A stretch of 64,000 nt of DNA from Eledone cirrhosa. Its lineage: Eukaryota. Shown piece by piece: positions 26,341 through 59,417 of the stretch. The stretch spans positions 42,532,001 through 42,596,000 of the forward strand of contig OZ024742.1 in NCBI GenBank assembly GCA_964016885.1, read 5' to 3'. Every line of letters begins with the position of its first letter. Within the stretch, counting starts at the first letter, position 1. The translations under genes and the position numbers were made by a program. The notes beneath the pieces are model-generated. The model was given only the letters and a program-made list of their open reading frames with translations. It had not been told where the DNA came from and ran no database searches.

Positions 26341-26983
26341 GTGTTGAGACATTTTATTTTTGCTTCCTGTTTTATAAATTGCAATGTTTTCCTTTATTTA
26401 ATATCAGTTATGGTTAGTTATATTATAGGATATATATTATTACTAATGTATTAAATAGTCATTTCTTTCAAATAAAAAAGGAAATATCTTTAGTTGCGAA
26501 AAGTGGCAAGTGCTGCGGACTTAAAAATAAGAAAAATAAGCTTCCGGTATATCGGTTTCGACTATTTACATCGTTAATGTCATAAATATACTTGATGAGG
26601 CAAACTATTACTCTGTGTTTTCTCCATTCTTCTTCATCTAATTTAAATTCTTGTATCTGTGCAAGATATCAATAATATATATTATACTATTGTTATTTTA
26701 TATTTATTCTAGCATCCATCACCGTTTTCTGTATGTAACTTTTATCTTTATATGAAAACAAAAAAGCTTAGTTGTATAATTGTTTCTACTTTTAGCACAA
26801 GGCCAGCAATTATTACAGTGTATTACTGGTACTTTACGCTGGGATAATTGCTGGTCTTGTGCCAAAAGTAGAAACAATTATACAACTAAGTTGTATAATA
26901 TTGAAAGAATATATAGCATCGTACTGTATTGTTCTCCCGTGTTGTTTTTCCTTGTTGACTTTTCACACATATATAGTTGTATG

Positions 26984-27222
26984 CAGAGCCTATGAGAGGA
27001 GGGGGGTCCAGTCGGTACTTTGTACGGGGCCGAAGAGCTAAGACCGCTCACAGCAACCATGCAACACCCAAAACGGTACAAGACTTCTTTGGGGCCAGAA
27101 GCAAGCAAAGATTTTTCTCAAAATCGAGGATTTGATGCGCCCAGTAAATCTACATGTGGGACCTTCTTAGCTCTTGGGCCCCGGAACAAAGAACCGGCTG
27201 GACTACCTCATCATAGGCCTTG
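26984..27222. mobile_element. hAT-like MITE with ~45-bp imperfect TIRs
   Basis: Left CAGAGCCTATGAGAGG...GTCCAGTCGGTACTTTGTACGGGGCC vs reverse complement of right end CAAGGCCTATGATGAGGTAGTCCAGCCGGTTCTTTGTTCCGGGGCC; no clear TSD. Confidence 0.55.
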
Positions 27223-27656
27223 AGTATTGGGAGTCAAGGTCTTTGTTTCAAGGGTTTACCAAGGGACAAGACCCACCACCACTTTTTCAGGAATGGAGGA
27301 CAAACCATCTTTTGTTTTTTGTTTATTTGATATCATCAATTTTTTTTAAGCTTATTTTTTTTTATATCTGAACTTCATTTGAATATATAAAGTTTAATTA
27401 GCGTAAAATTTTACATATATGATTGGGTCCGGGAAAGACACCATAAGCAATACTAACATGCTCCTTTAAGAATAAACATGTTGGTTTGTAACCCTCACAT
27501 TATTAAGGCAAACAAGGCCCCTGTATGACCGACGTCTAATGACTGAAACCATTAAAAGTATAAAAGTACATATTTTCTTGTTTTTTCCCTCTTTTTTATG
27601 ACTGTTTTCTTTCATTTGCTCCTATAATCCATAAACATTATATTGCTTTATATATA

Positions 27657-27846
27657 GGGTGGTGAAATAGCAGTATCGGTAGAGGGTCAGCCGCCATGCT
27701 TTCTAGCATAGTTATGTCCCTTTATGATCTGAGTTGAAATCCCGCCGAGGTTAACTTTGCTTTTCATCCTTACGGGGTCGATAAAATAAAGTACCAGTAA
27801 TGTACTGAGTAATTGCTGGCCTTGTGCCAAAAAGTAGAAACAATTA
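27657..27846 (+). mobile_element. Full-length SINE family A copy with target-site duplication
   Basis: A/B boxes, core and tail; flanked on both sides by ATTATATTGCTTTATATA. Confidence 0.85.
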
Positions 27847-28329
27847 TATTGCTTTATATACATTTTTCTGTAAATAAAGATAATTCATCCCATTAACATA
27901 ATATAATGTTCAAATTTTGTTTTGTGATATCAACTAATCTGACCTCCAAATTGCTGGCAATCGACTTTTCCCCCAGGAAAATGGAAGGGTGGGTGGGGAT
28001 GTTCCCCTCTCGGATAACCTTCCTGGAGTTTTCTCTACGATTTTTTTTTTTCGCGTGTTGTCGATGAATATGACCTCCAAACCATTCGGAAAGGACTAGC
28101 TATGTGGAAAGTACATCGGAGTTTCACAGTTCTACACCCCCACTCGCGTTTTTTTCGTGTGCATCAACTAATCGGACTCCAAAGAAGCTTGCAATTGACT
28201 TTTATTCCGGATGAGTGTTAGCCAACCACCACCACCACCACCAAAAAAAAAGTTGATGGTCAAGAATCTTGGGTAATAACCGAAAGAATACAAACGCGAA
28301 TTCAAGTGGCCGAAATGGGGTTCCTCCGA

Positions 28330-28570
28330 AGGTCGTTACCCGGTAGAGTGCGTAGCTCAGAGTCACTCCAGGTAGAGCCGCTACTTCTCTGAATTAAGAG
28401 ATCACAGCTCCGATATTATGGGCATGGGGTTAGAATGACCCAGGAAAGAATCACTGGAGAGATTTTATGGGCAAAACCAACCGGCAGGAGACCCAGGGAT
28501 AGACCCAGAGTAAGATGGTCGAATAACATCCACGAGCTTAGCTGGTCTCGCTTGGGGGTCCAACTGGATC
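28330..28570 (+). mobile_element. RTE-type LINE 3' ORF fragment
   Basis: Manual translation VEPLLL*IKRSQLRYYGHGVRMTQER, resembling the RTE C-terminal ..RL.W.GHV.RM motif. Confidence 0.5.
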
Positions 28571-29187
28571 AGTTGTTTCAGACATGACCCGCTGGAAGGA
28601 TTGTTTGAAGATTCTGATCCCACGTCCCTCTCAGGAGTAAGTGGGCGAAGAAGAAGAGAAAACTCCGAGGAGGCGGTAGGACACACTCCACACCCACGGT
28701 TTTCCTTGGGGGGAAAAAAGGCGATTGCGAGCATCTTGGAGGTTAGACTAATTGATAGCACACGTAAAAAAAAAAAACAAGAAAAAACATTTTCCCCCAT
28801 AGAAATCGATTGGGGTGTATTTCTATAAATTTACCTTCAATTTAATGCAAATGTTTTTTCTTTCTATTTTTAATATAAGCATTCGATTAATCCTCTTAAA
28901 ATAGAATATATAAATCGAAAAGTTTAAATTTCCGTCAGTAATATTAATATCTATCATAAGCACAAAGTCTCGTCCCGTTATTTTAGGGATGAGTAAATCT
29001 ATCATGAAATCAAGGAGTTTGTACACATAATACATGAACACTGGAACCGGGTGCAACAAAAGGGAAGTAAGTGAGAACTTAGAATATTGAGGGAGGTAAA
29101 TAGTGCTAGTACCGATAACCGATAATAGTCTTTACTTTTACAATCGGCAAGTTTCGTATGTTTTCGTTAAACATCGGGACAAATGAC

Positions 29188-29246
29188 CCGGAAGTATATG
29201 TTGGCCAATGGCAGAAAAACACGAATAGACAGAACGAATGTATTGG
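29188..29246 (+). promoter_or_regulatory. DNAJC3 proximal promoter: ETS site, ERSE-like element, inverted CCAAT
   Basis: CCGGAAGT 29188-29195; CCAAT-N9-ACACG 29205-29223 (ERSE consensus CCAAT-N9-CCACG, one mismatch); ATTGG at 29242. Confidence 0.6.
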
Positions 29247-29281
29247 TAACGTTGAGGGTTTTCTGAGTTTAGTAGAGAAAT

Positions 29282-49850
<20,569 letters not shown>

Positions 49851-49973
49851 AAACAATCAAAAACATAAGACACACTCTCCTCCACCCCCTAAAAAAAAGA
49901 AAAAAAAGAGAAAACATATTCTCTCTTCTTCCTCCCCCTCCCCTTGTTTTCTTGTATTTTTTTAAAATTCAGG

Positions 49974-49978
<5 letters not shown>

Positions 49979-50041
<63 letters not shown>

Positions 50042-50066
50042 ATATATATATATATATCAATATATA

Positions 50067-50155
<89 letters not shown>

Positions 50156-50162
50156 ATATATA

Positions 50163-50212
<50 letters not shown>

Positions 50213-50240
50213 TGTATATATATATGTATATATATATATA
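49979..50240. repeat. Interrupted (TA)n tract, ~260 bp, in presumptive DNAJC3 3' UTR
   Basis: Direct; candidate AATAAA at 50687. Confidence 0.9.
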
Positions 50241-52236
50241 AATACATTTTTGTACTGCAACACCTTTGCCTCATCTCCTGATCTCACTCCCTCCACCACA
50301 CACACCTCCACCCACTTTCACCCTCTGGCATCACTCCACTCCCCATTGCAACCACCACCCTGCTCCTCATCTCCACCATCCTTCCTCTTTAATGTATATG
50401 AGGAAATCAACTGCAGTGATGATGATGATGGTGGTGGTGGTGGTGGTGGTGATGGTGATGGTGTTTTTGTTAGTTAATAAGGTGATAGACATTGTGATAT
50501 GGTGTGATGTGGTGTGGTGGAGGTGGTGGCATTCTGGTGTGAAGTGGTGGTGGTGGTGGTGGTGTGTGAAGTGGTGGTATCAGTGTGGTGTGTTTACATA
50601 CACACCGACCAACACACACACACACACACATACACATACACACATCCACACACACAAGAGGACACCTTGATAAACTGTTGGTTGTAAATAAAATATAATA
50701 TAATAATAGAAAAAGTATGTATTGATGGTGATGATGATGTGGGTGGTTAGAGTAATGGTTGGGGCAGGGTTAGGATATGACAGGTGGAGTAGTGGGTTGG
50801 GTGATTGGTGGTATATATGGCAGAGACTGGTGGTGGTGAAGCATTTAATAATTAATATTAAATACTTTATATATAATTAAACATTTTAGTCAGTGTGTGT
50901 GCCTGTGTATGTGGTTGTGTGTGTGTGTGTGTGGTAGTTTTTTTTTTTTTTACATCTCTCTTTCCTCTCTCCCTCATACAAAAATACCTACACACTACAT
51001 GAAATTTGAGACTCAGTATCCTCCACCTCCCTCTTTATATCCCTACTCCTACTGGAATCTTCTATGCCCTGCTCAACCTCAGCCTGCTAGAAGTAGCAGC
51101 TAAATCGCCCTCAAAAGACCCCCTCACCTACCAAATCAGGTTTATGCAACAAAACTATCACAAACTTTTCGACTTACTTTTGTCTTTTGTTATATTTTTT
51201 AATTTCTTAATTTAAAACCCCAAAAATAATTTTGTTATCTTTTTAAAATTCTTTGAGTGTTTTGTTTTGAAGTACCCTACCCCTCCTCTGTGCCACTTTT
51301 TGTCATCAGTTTTATACAGGAGTCAGTGAAGGAGCCAATATGCAAAGACTAGAGAGAAACAAAGCAAGAATGTTTCGTTGGATGTGTAATGTTCATGTGA
51401 ATGAATGATGGACCTCAGATAACCTGAGAGAAAAACTAAGCATGAAAAGAATCACATAAGGTGGTGCGGTACAGACATGTAATACCTATGGATGATGATC
51501 ACCAGTAGTTCCGGATGGAAGGAAACCATGGAATAGGATGAGCAAGAAAGATGGTGAAAGTTGATCTCAAGAAACTACAAGGAGAAGAGTTGTCTAAACT
51601 ATGCAAGCATGGAAAAACAGACATAAAAACAATGATGATATGATGATGATGACATTGGACAATACAGTTCTTCATTTGCAAAATGATGGGGTGGAAATAA
51701 TTGGAGCATCTTTAACCCTTTAGCATTTACATTACTCTATATTTACTATTGTATTTTCACGGTAAACACATTATTTCACATAATCATCTCACATAATATC
51801 AAATCTACGAGATTTTGATATTTATTTTGAGAACAATACTTTAACATAAGTATGAACAGCCAGTTAAATGCTAAAGGGTTAATCATAAGACAGCTAAACA
51901 GCAGCAACAACATTTACACAAGACCTTTGTTCAGACTAATTCTCATCTCATTCATTTCATCTTGTTCTTACATCTCACACCCTCACACTTTAAGCCTGGA
52001 GAAAGATTTGAGTAAAAGGTGAAGAGCAGTGGTGAGGATCAATTCCACATGTTTGTGTGTGTCACCAACTTTGGTGAGTTAAGGCAGTGACTTTTCGAAG
52101 TAAACATTCACCATTAATATCAATTATATACATATATATATATTTGTGGTGGACATTAAAATTATATTTAAAACAAATTAAATAAAAGAACTGAAATTAA
52201 ATTCTTATGTCCCTGTCATCACCAATACTACTACTA

Positions 52237-53566
52237 TTAGGTCGGACAAAAGTTCTCGCTGTTTTTCAAATTTTTATTCACTTTGGTGATTTTTAACATT
52301 AGGAAAGTTTTACAAGTCAAAATAATTACGGTCTGAGTTCAAATCCTGCCATGGTTAACTTTGCCTTTTATCCTTACAGCGTCAATAAAAGAAAGCATCA
52401 GTAATGCACTGGGGTCGATTTAATCGCCTTTCCCCTCCCCTCAAATTGTTGGTCTTATGCCTAAATCAGAAATCATTATTTGTGATTACCGTCTGCTATC
52501 GTTTAAGAAGGCACATTATTCCAATCCTGTAGAATTCTGGTTTCGCCATCAGCCACTGATTTAACTGGTTTTCACTGGCAATGCTCTTGGACTGCATTGC
52601 ATTGCTCGCTGAGAGAAAAAAGTGATAGTCTATAGGTGCGATGTCAGGTGAATACAGCAGAACCTCCCAACCTAGCTTCAGCAGCTTCTGGTCATGCTTG
52701 ATGCATGTGATCAAGTGTTATGTAGAAATAGAACAGGGCTATGGTGTGGGCCCACCTGTGCAATTTTTGCTGTTAATCTGTCAAGTTGGCAATAGACATC
52801 AGAGGTTATGCTGGTGTTTAGTGGGGGCAGCTCGTAGTGGATGACACCTTTCTAGTGCCACCAGATGCTCAGCAGGGCTTTTCAAGGGTAGAGGCCAGCC
52901 TTTGCTTGCTGTTGTGGCACACTCTCTTTATCAACCCACAACCATTTGCCTTTGATATTAATGTAGAGACACCACTTTTCATCACCAGTGACAATGGAAC
53001 ATAACCAGGTGGTTGTGCATTGGTAGAGGAGCAGAGAAGTTGCAGCTGACACCCGACATTCATGATTACAGACAGTCAGATTGTGGAGCGCCCATTGGTC
53101 CACCTTAGACATCTTTTCTATTGCATGCATGTAATAGAAGATGGTTGTTTTCAATGCCCAAAGCACATCAGAGAGTTAATGTGATGTCTGGCTTGGCTTG
53201 GCTTCCACTAGCTCGTGCAGTTTCTTATCATTGAAGTCAGATGGAAGTCCTGTTCAAGATCAATCTTAAAAGCTGTAATCACTTAAATGAAAGCGTGCGA
53301 ACCAGTCCCTTGCACTGTGTTTAGACATGGTGTGTGACTCAAAGGCATTGTTAATGCAATAACTCAATACTGCTGCGCTTAGGCCAGATTTGAAGTCATA
53401 AAGTAAACAGACATGAATAAACGATTTGCTGCTTCCCCTTTAACAGCATAACAAAATGCGAAAAGCACTTAGTGCATACCAACATCACTTTCTATATATG
53501 TGCACATGTGCAACCTTTAACATTAACTCCTTTTGAAAAACGCCGGGTACTTTTTGTCCAACCCAA
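52237..53566 (-). mobile_element. Decayed mariner (Tc1/mariner) transposon with a nested SINE fragment (~52330-52480)
   Basis: TIRs TTAGGTCGGACAAAAGTT / reverse complement TTGGGTTGGACAAAAAGT; motifs IVTGDEKWCLY, YSPDIAPIDYH and WALHNL (WVPHEL-like); frameshifted. Confidence 0.88.
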
Positions 53567-54599
53567 TGTCACTACAACTACTACTTACATATAGATGACA
53601 TATACTGGGGGAAATATTTGGTGCAAGGTGATAATAAAATGTGGCTACAATAGGGAAGTGAAGGTGCATGTCTTAGTGGTTAGAGTATTAGGCTCATGAT
53701 CATAATATGAGATTGAAACTGGGGCCAGGCTGTGTGTTGTATCTTTGAGCAAGACACTTTACTTCTTTATTGCTCCAGTCACCTCAGCTGGAAAAAAAGA
53801 GTTGTACATAATTCAAAGGGCCAACCTCGTCATATACTGTATTACACTGAAACTCCCTGAGAGTTACATTAATGGTACACATGTCTGGAATGGTCAGCCA
53901 CTTGCACGTTAAATTCATAAGTAGGCTGTTCCATTGATCAAACAACTGGAATACATATTGAAATCAAGAGAGCTCCAACACATATGAAGAAGGGAGGAAA
54001 TCAAATTCGAGATTTTTGAGCTGCATACATGAGATGGCAAAGGACAAGATGAAGATGGAGAGGTGTTGTGGAAGTGACCAACTCTACCCTGCCTTAATAG
54101 TAGTTATCAGGAGTCAACCTTATAATGCATATTGTTAATAATCATTGGTACTTCAATGTTACACATGAGAAAAATCATCAAAATTGAAAGCTTGGATTAA
54201 CTCTAATGATTCTCTGTTAGAACAACATTGTTGCAGGCTAGCAATTATATCTGCTGGTTCTTCCATATATGTACGCATGTGTGTATGAATGTATGCATGT
54301 AGGTATATGACACATAAAAATATTATCTATCTATATATATATAAGTAGTTCCACAACAGTTAGTTCACTATACCGAGAACAAATGTTTCACCTTGAACTA
54401 ACTGTTGTGGAACTACTACCAAACTCTTCCCATTGATTGAGTGCTCTACTACGGATATAAGCATCCAGTGTTCTACTATTATATATATATATATTCCACT
54501 TAATATTTGAGCTATGTCTGAAGCCTGCAGGACTTCATTCTGGCTCTCTTCCTTTCAGCTGCAAAAAGAATACTTTGAGCTACTCACTCAATCCTCCCC

Positions 54600-55200
54600 C
54601 CAATGGTTTGAAAGCTTTTAGAGCTGCCACCATCAATGTCAGCTTGATGAGAGGTAAGTTAAGAGAGATTGTGGAGATTCTTGAAAGATAGTGGATGTGT
54701 GTCATAATTCATATGGAATGGGGCCCTAGCCTGACTCTTCATGGGAAAGAGACAAAGATACAAATTCTGGATAGGTAACAGCTTTAAGGTAGGAGGTAAA
54801 GGCATTTTACTGGCAGAGAAATTAAACAAAATTATTAAGGTAGAGTGTGTGATAAGATACTCCAACTTAAACTAGGCATAAACAACACAACATTTGCTTC
54901 ACAGTCAGGATTAGGAGATGAACAGAAGGATCACTTCTACAAAAGCCTTTTACAGACTACTTTGTCACTGAACAACAGTGATATTATTGTGGCTTGCAAT
55001 TTAAATGGACATGTTGGAAATCCTCGTGATGGGTTCCAAATTTGCATGAAAGCCTTGGTGTCAGAAATGAGGAGAGAACCAAGCTCTCAGTTTTGTCATG
55101 CAAATGATCTGACAATTTGTAATACAAACTTCAAGGAACTAGCCAATTATCTGATTACATAACAATAAGGCAAACACACAAGCAGTATAGACTATTCAAT
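54600..55200 (+). mobile_element. RTE-like LINE AP-endonuclease fragment
   Basis: SQSGLGDEQKDHFYKSL...IIVACNLNGHVG and FCHANDLTICNTNFKE motifs. Confidence 0.65.
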
Positions 55201-55949
55201 TGAAGATTTAGACATTATTGAGAATAAAGTATATTACTGGCATTCTGTTTGTTGACCCAGAAGGGTTTATATTTATCTAAAAATTTTCCATCATAATTTT
55301 ATGTAAGAATCTTTGTTAAATTATGCCCCGAACAATAGATGAATAACAAGAAAGTTATATTACTAAATCCTACCAAATCGTTGATTATTTCCAAAATTAT
55401 TTGAAAATCATAGGCTTTATATTTCACTAGAAATATTTTAATAAAATGGTTCATCCTATATTTTGAATTGTAAAATAGGGAATTCTATAAAACAGTGTAT
55501 TGTCCAGGTCGACCCTCATTCAACAGATCAGTGGTCATGACATTTCTGGGTATCCTAACATAAATACAAGCATGGCTGTGTGGCTTAGGAGTTTACTTCA
55601 AATTTGTGTAGTTTGGGATCCAATCCAATGCATGGCATCTTGTGCAAGTGATAGTTTGAAATTCCAGATTTATTGATTATGTAAGGGAGATTACTCAAGT
55701 AAGTTTTTTATGTAATAAGGAAAAAAGTCTTTTACAATTCTTTCCCTTCGGCCATCTAATACGCTTGGCTATATTTGACTGTGATGTATTCGTGAGTCAA
55801 TAATAATTATTATTTGAAAATATATAACCATTAGCAAAATTAACTTTATTTATGGAATATATCATGTAGATACAGTTTAATTGAAAAAGAAAATTTAGAT
55901 TGAGAAGAAAGAATGGAATATTTAGTTCGTTTGCAAGCAAACAGCCTCA

Positions 55950-56469
55950 TAAACTGTTCAGAGACGTGCAACCAAGCGAATACCCTCCATCAGGCATCTA
56001 CCATACTCTGAACGCCTTGCTTCCCTGGGCATGGATACATTGAAGCTCCGACGTCTGGCAACTGACTTGGTAAACACCCACAAAATTGTTAACCATCTTG
56101 CCAACAACAACCCTGAGTACCTTTTTGATTTCCATGTGTCTAACACACGTGGGCATGCCCACAAAGTCAGAAAACAGCACAGTTCCCATGACTTTCAGAA
56201 ACATTTTTTCACGCTCTGAATGCTGAAGCATGGAACAAACTACCTGCATCAGTTGTTAGCTGTCGAGACACTGCATCCTTTAAAACCTCCATGCTTCCCG
56301 AGATTCGCCAACACTACACCTAATGTTCCCCCTCCATACACATACACACATGTATATCATGACTCATACACTATTCACTTCCCTGACATTTGTATATTAT
56401 TCTATATACTATACATGCACCTTTGACGAGTTGTAGTGCACCTGAGCAGTTTACACAATAATTTCATTA
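55950..56469 (+). mobile_element. CR1/L2-like LINE 3' end
   Basis: RRATKRIPSIRHLPYSERLASLGMDTLKLRRLATDL...TRGHAHKV, then 3' UTR with an ATT-type tail interrupted by a Helitron. Confidence 0.75.
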
Positions 56470-57399
56470 TCTATATATATAAAACTGTGGTTGTCTGTCT
56501 GTCTATCGATTTTTGGCACACATCTCCTCTTAGAATCTCTCACGGAATTGCACCGAAATTGCTATACTTGTACATTGAGCCCTAGCGAAGACATCGGAAA
56601 AAAAAAATTTCAAATTGACCCACCCTATGTGACGAAATCGAATATAATGTATCGATTTTTGAGCGTAAGTTCTCAGTTATTTCCCTTTGTTCTGTTTACA
56701 TTGAGCGTCTGCGTGCAAAAATTAAAAAAATTACGCTGGCTTTCTCAGCGTTTAAAATGACATTAACACAATACACGATTTAAAGACTACGTAAAACAAG
56801 CCTTTTAAAACAATATTTTTACTTGAAAACAAGTCTATTTAAAAACTACTTAAAACAAGCAAATATTTCGTAAAAAAAAGCAAAAATTATATAAGTTTAT
56901 ATAAAATATATGTATCTGTAAATTTCGTTAGGCGTGCAGACAGATAGTCGTGCAGAGAGGTGATATAGGCGTGCAGACAGATAGTCGTGCAGAGAGGTGA
57001 TATAGGCGTGCAGACAGATAGTCGTGCAGAGAGGTGATATAGGCGTGCAGACAGACAGTCGTGCAGAGAGGTGATATAGGCGTGCAGACAGACATAACTG
57101 ATAATTTGGTTACGTTAATGTTTTTCTCTGCGTTGCAGTGTTTACATTTTCGATCTTTGTTAATAAATAACCAGTGCAGTTTCTATCCCCAGCATCCTCT
57201 TTTGTTATAACATTCGGGTTATCGTTATGTTTTCTTAACTTCATAAGGCATATTGTTGGTTGAGGGAATATTAATCAAAAACACCACATGCAAGTCTGCA
57301 CAGTAGACACTACAGTTTTTAAGCCAAGAAAGAAACTTAACATTGTAACTTTAACACAGCTACTGAGCGACCCCGAGCAACGCCGGGCTTTACTGCTAG
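56470..57399 (+). mobile_element. Non-autonomous Helitron with internal 37-bp tandem array
   Basis: A|TCTATATATATAAAA 5' end; 3' hairpin CCCGAGCAACGCCGGG then CTAG|T. Confidence 0.85.
56930..57093. repeat. 37-bp tandem repeat x4.4 (AGGCGTGCAGACAGATAGTCGTGCAGAGAGGTGATAT)
   Basis: Direct. Confidence 0.95.
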
Positions 57400-58199
57400 T
57401 TATTATTATAATAACATGTGTGTTTTCTAGATGACGACGTATCCTTTTGTTCCAGCGGAAGCAGAGAGAAAACAGTCAACAATTGTTTCTGAATTATTGC
57501 CCCTTATGGAGACTGCGTCAAGAGTGTAATAGATGGATGTGTTCGTGCGCGAACAAGCGCAAACCTATGTTGATGGTGCGCAATGTGTAGGTGCAGGCAC
57601 GCGCGCGAGCGCACATAAAAGCACACGCACAAACGCGCAAGCCCCCACACACGGGGAGCAAGTAGGTAAAAGTGATGGGGTGAATTAGTGATGGGAATGG
57701 CGTTAATTGCAAGTGTCCTAGCCATATTAGTGGGTGATTGGTGAATATATATCATCATCATAATCATCCATTTTTCCATGCTAGCATGGGTTAGACGAGT
57801 TGTCCTGTTATGAGAAATGCCAGGTCAGGTGACCATGTCTTGCTCATACAGAACTGCTTTGGGATTGGTTCCTACAGCTGGATGCCCTTCCTAACCCCAA
57901 CCACATTTACAGTGAATACTGGGTGCTTTTTGTCGTGACACCTAGCCGTTCACTTTATAGTGTGGGCTGCGCGCTTTTTGTTGTGTCGCCACCATGATCA
58001 CTTTACAGTGTGGGATGGGGGGCTATGGTAAGAGAGGTGTGTGGGATTGGAGGGTATTTAGGCGTGTGTGAAGGTGGCACACACTAGATGTATTCTTCAG
58101 CCTGTGGTTATGAGAGGTGTATGGAAGGGGGTGGGTGGAGGTGAAGGTGGTGGCATACTGTATGTATGCTTCAGCCTTTGCTCATGGGGAGGCAGGTCT

Positions 58200-58510
58200 T
58201 CTGTACTACTGAATAGTGCCGTAGATCTGTGTCATCACCTTTGAGAGGTGCAATTGAGAAAGGTAAGCTTTTATCACCTCATCTGAAGTCTTTCTGGATC
58301 TTCCCACTCCATGACTTCCATCAACTTTGAGTGCTCTGCACCTTTTTATACAGCTGTCATCTTTCATACGTATCACATGTCCATACCAACTCAATCTCCT
58401 TTTCCGCACACATCATCTGTTTCCTCTTATGCCTAGTTTCTCTCTCAGTTCGTTTATGCTTTGCCATTCACATATATTAACTATTACACATCCATGTAGT
58501 GTACCCTGCT
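58200..58510 (-). mobile_element. RTE LINE 3' fragment
   Basis: MRKRRLSWYGHVIRMKDDSCIKRC...GRSRKT. Confidence 0.75.
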
Positions 58511-58790
58511 TCCCCCATTCTTCCATTCTTCCATGCCTATCTCTTGTCCTTCATTGTCTTATCTACCTTATTGTTCCACCATTAGGTTACTTTCCTTCTC
58601 TCTATAGCCCTGCTCCATCCACAGATCTCATCTGTCCCCTTCAGTAAATTATCTTTCAGAACTCCCAATGCTCTTCTATATTGAATGTCTCTATTTATTC
58701 TTCCTTACTGTCATGATATATATACACACATATATATATATACACACATATATATATATACATACATACATAATATATATATATACACAC

Positions 58791-58868
<78 letters not shown>

Positions 58869-59029
58869 TCATCGTTTAACATCAATCTTCCATGCTAGCA
58901 TGGGTTTAGACGGGAATTGTCCCACTTGAGGCAAGATTGTTTGTCTTGCTCGTATAGGACTGTCTGGCAGGTTTTCTACGGCTGGATGCCCTTCCTAACA
59001 CCAACCACGTTTACAGTATATATATATGG

Positions 59030-59406
59030 AGAGAAATGAAGCAAGCATGCTCCGTTTTGTGCAATGTCAAGGTGCATGAACGACCAAGCATAGATGAGTT
59101 GAGAGAGGAACTGTGTATAAGAGGGATAAGTTATAGTGTGCGGGAGAGAAGACTGTGATGATATGGACATGTGATGCACATGGAGGATGACCCTGGGTAA
59201 AGAAGTGCCAAGAAATCCCAGTAGAAGGAAGACACAGTAGAGGAAGACCACAAAAAACATGGGCGGAGGTGGTGAGAGCAGACCTCAGATTGCTGAAACT
59301 CACAGAGGAGATGACGAAGGACCGTGACAAGTAGAGAGATGCTGTACTGAATAGGACCCATCCCACCCTTGCAAGCAGGGAAAAGCGGATGTAAAATGAT
59401 GATGAT
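59030..59406 (+). mobile_element. RTE LINE 3' end with (GAT)n tail
   Basis: ERRL**YGHVMHMED...RGRPQKTW; tail CCCACCCTTGCAAGCAGGGAAAAGCGGATGTAAAATGATGAT, also seen at ~44545. Confidence 0.75.
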
Positions 59407-59417
59407 ATATATATATA

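Noticed and set aside
57530-57660. CpG-rich patch as a promoter
   Set aside because: No associated exon or splice signal recognised; may be a degenerate CA/CG repeat or TE fragment.
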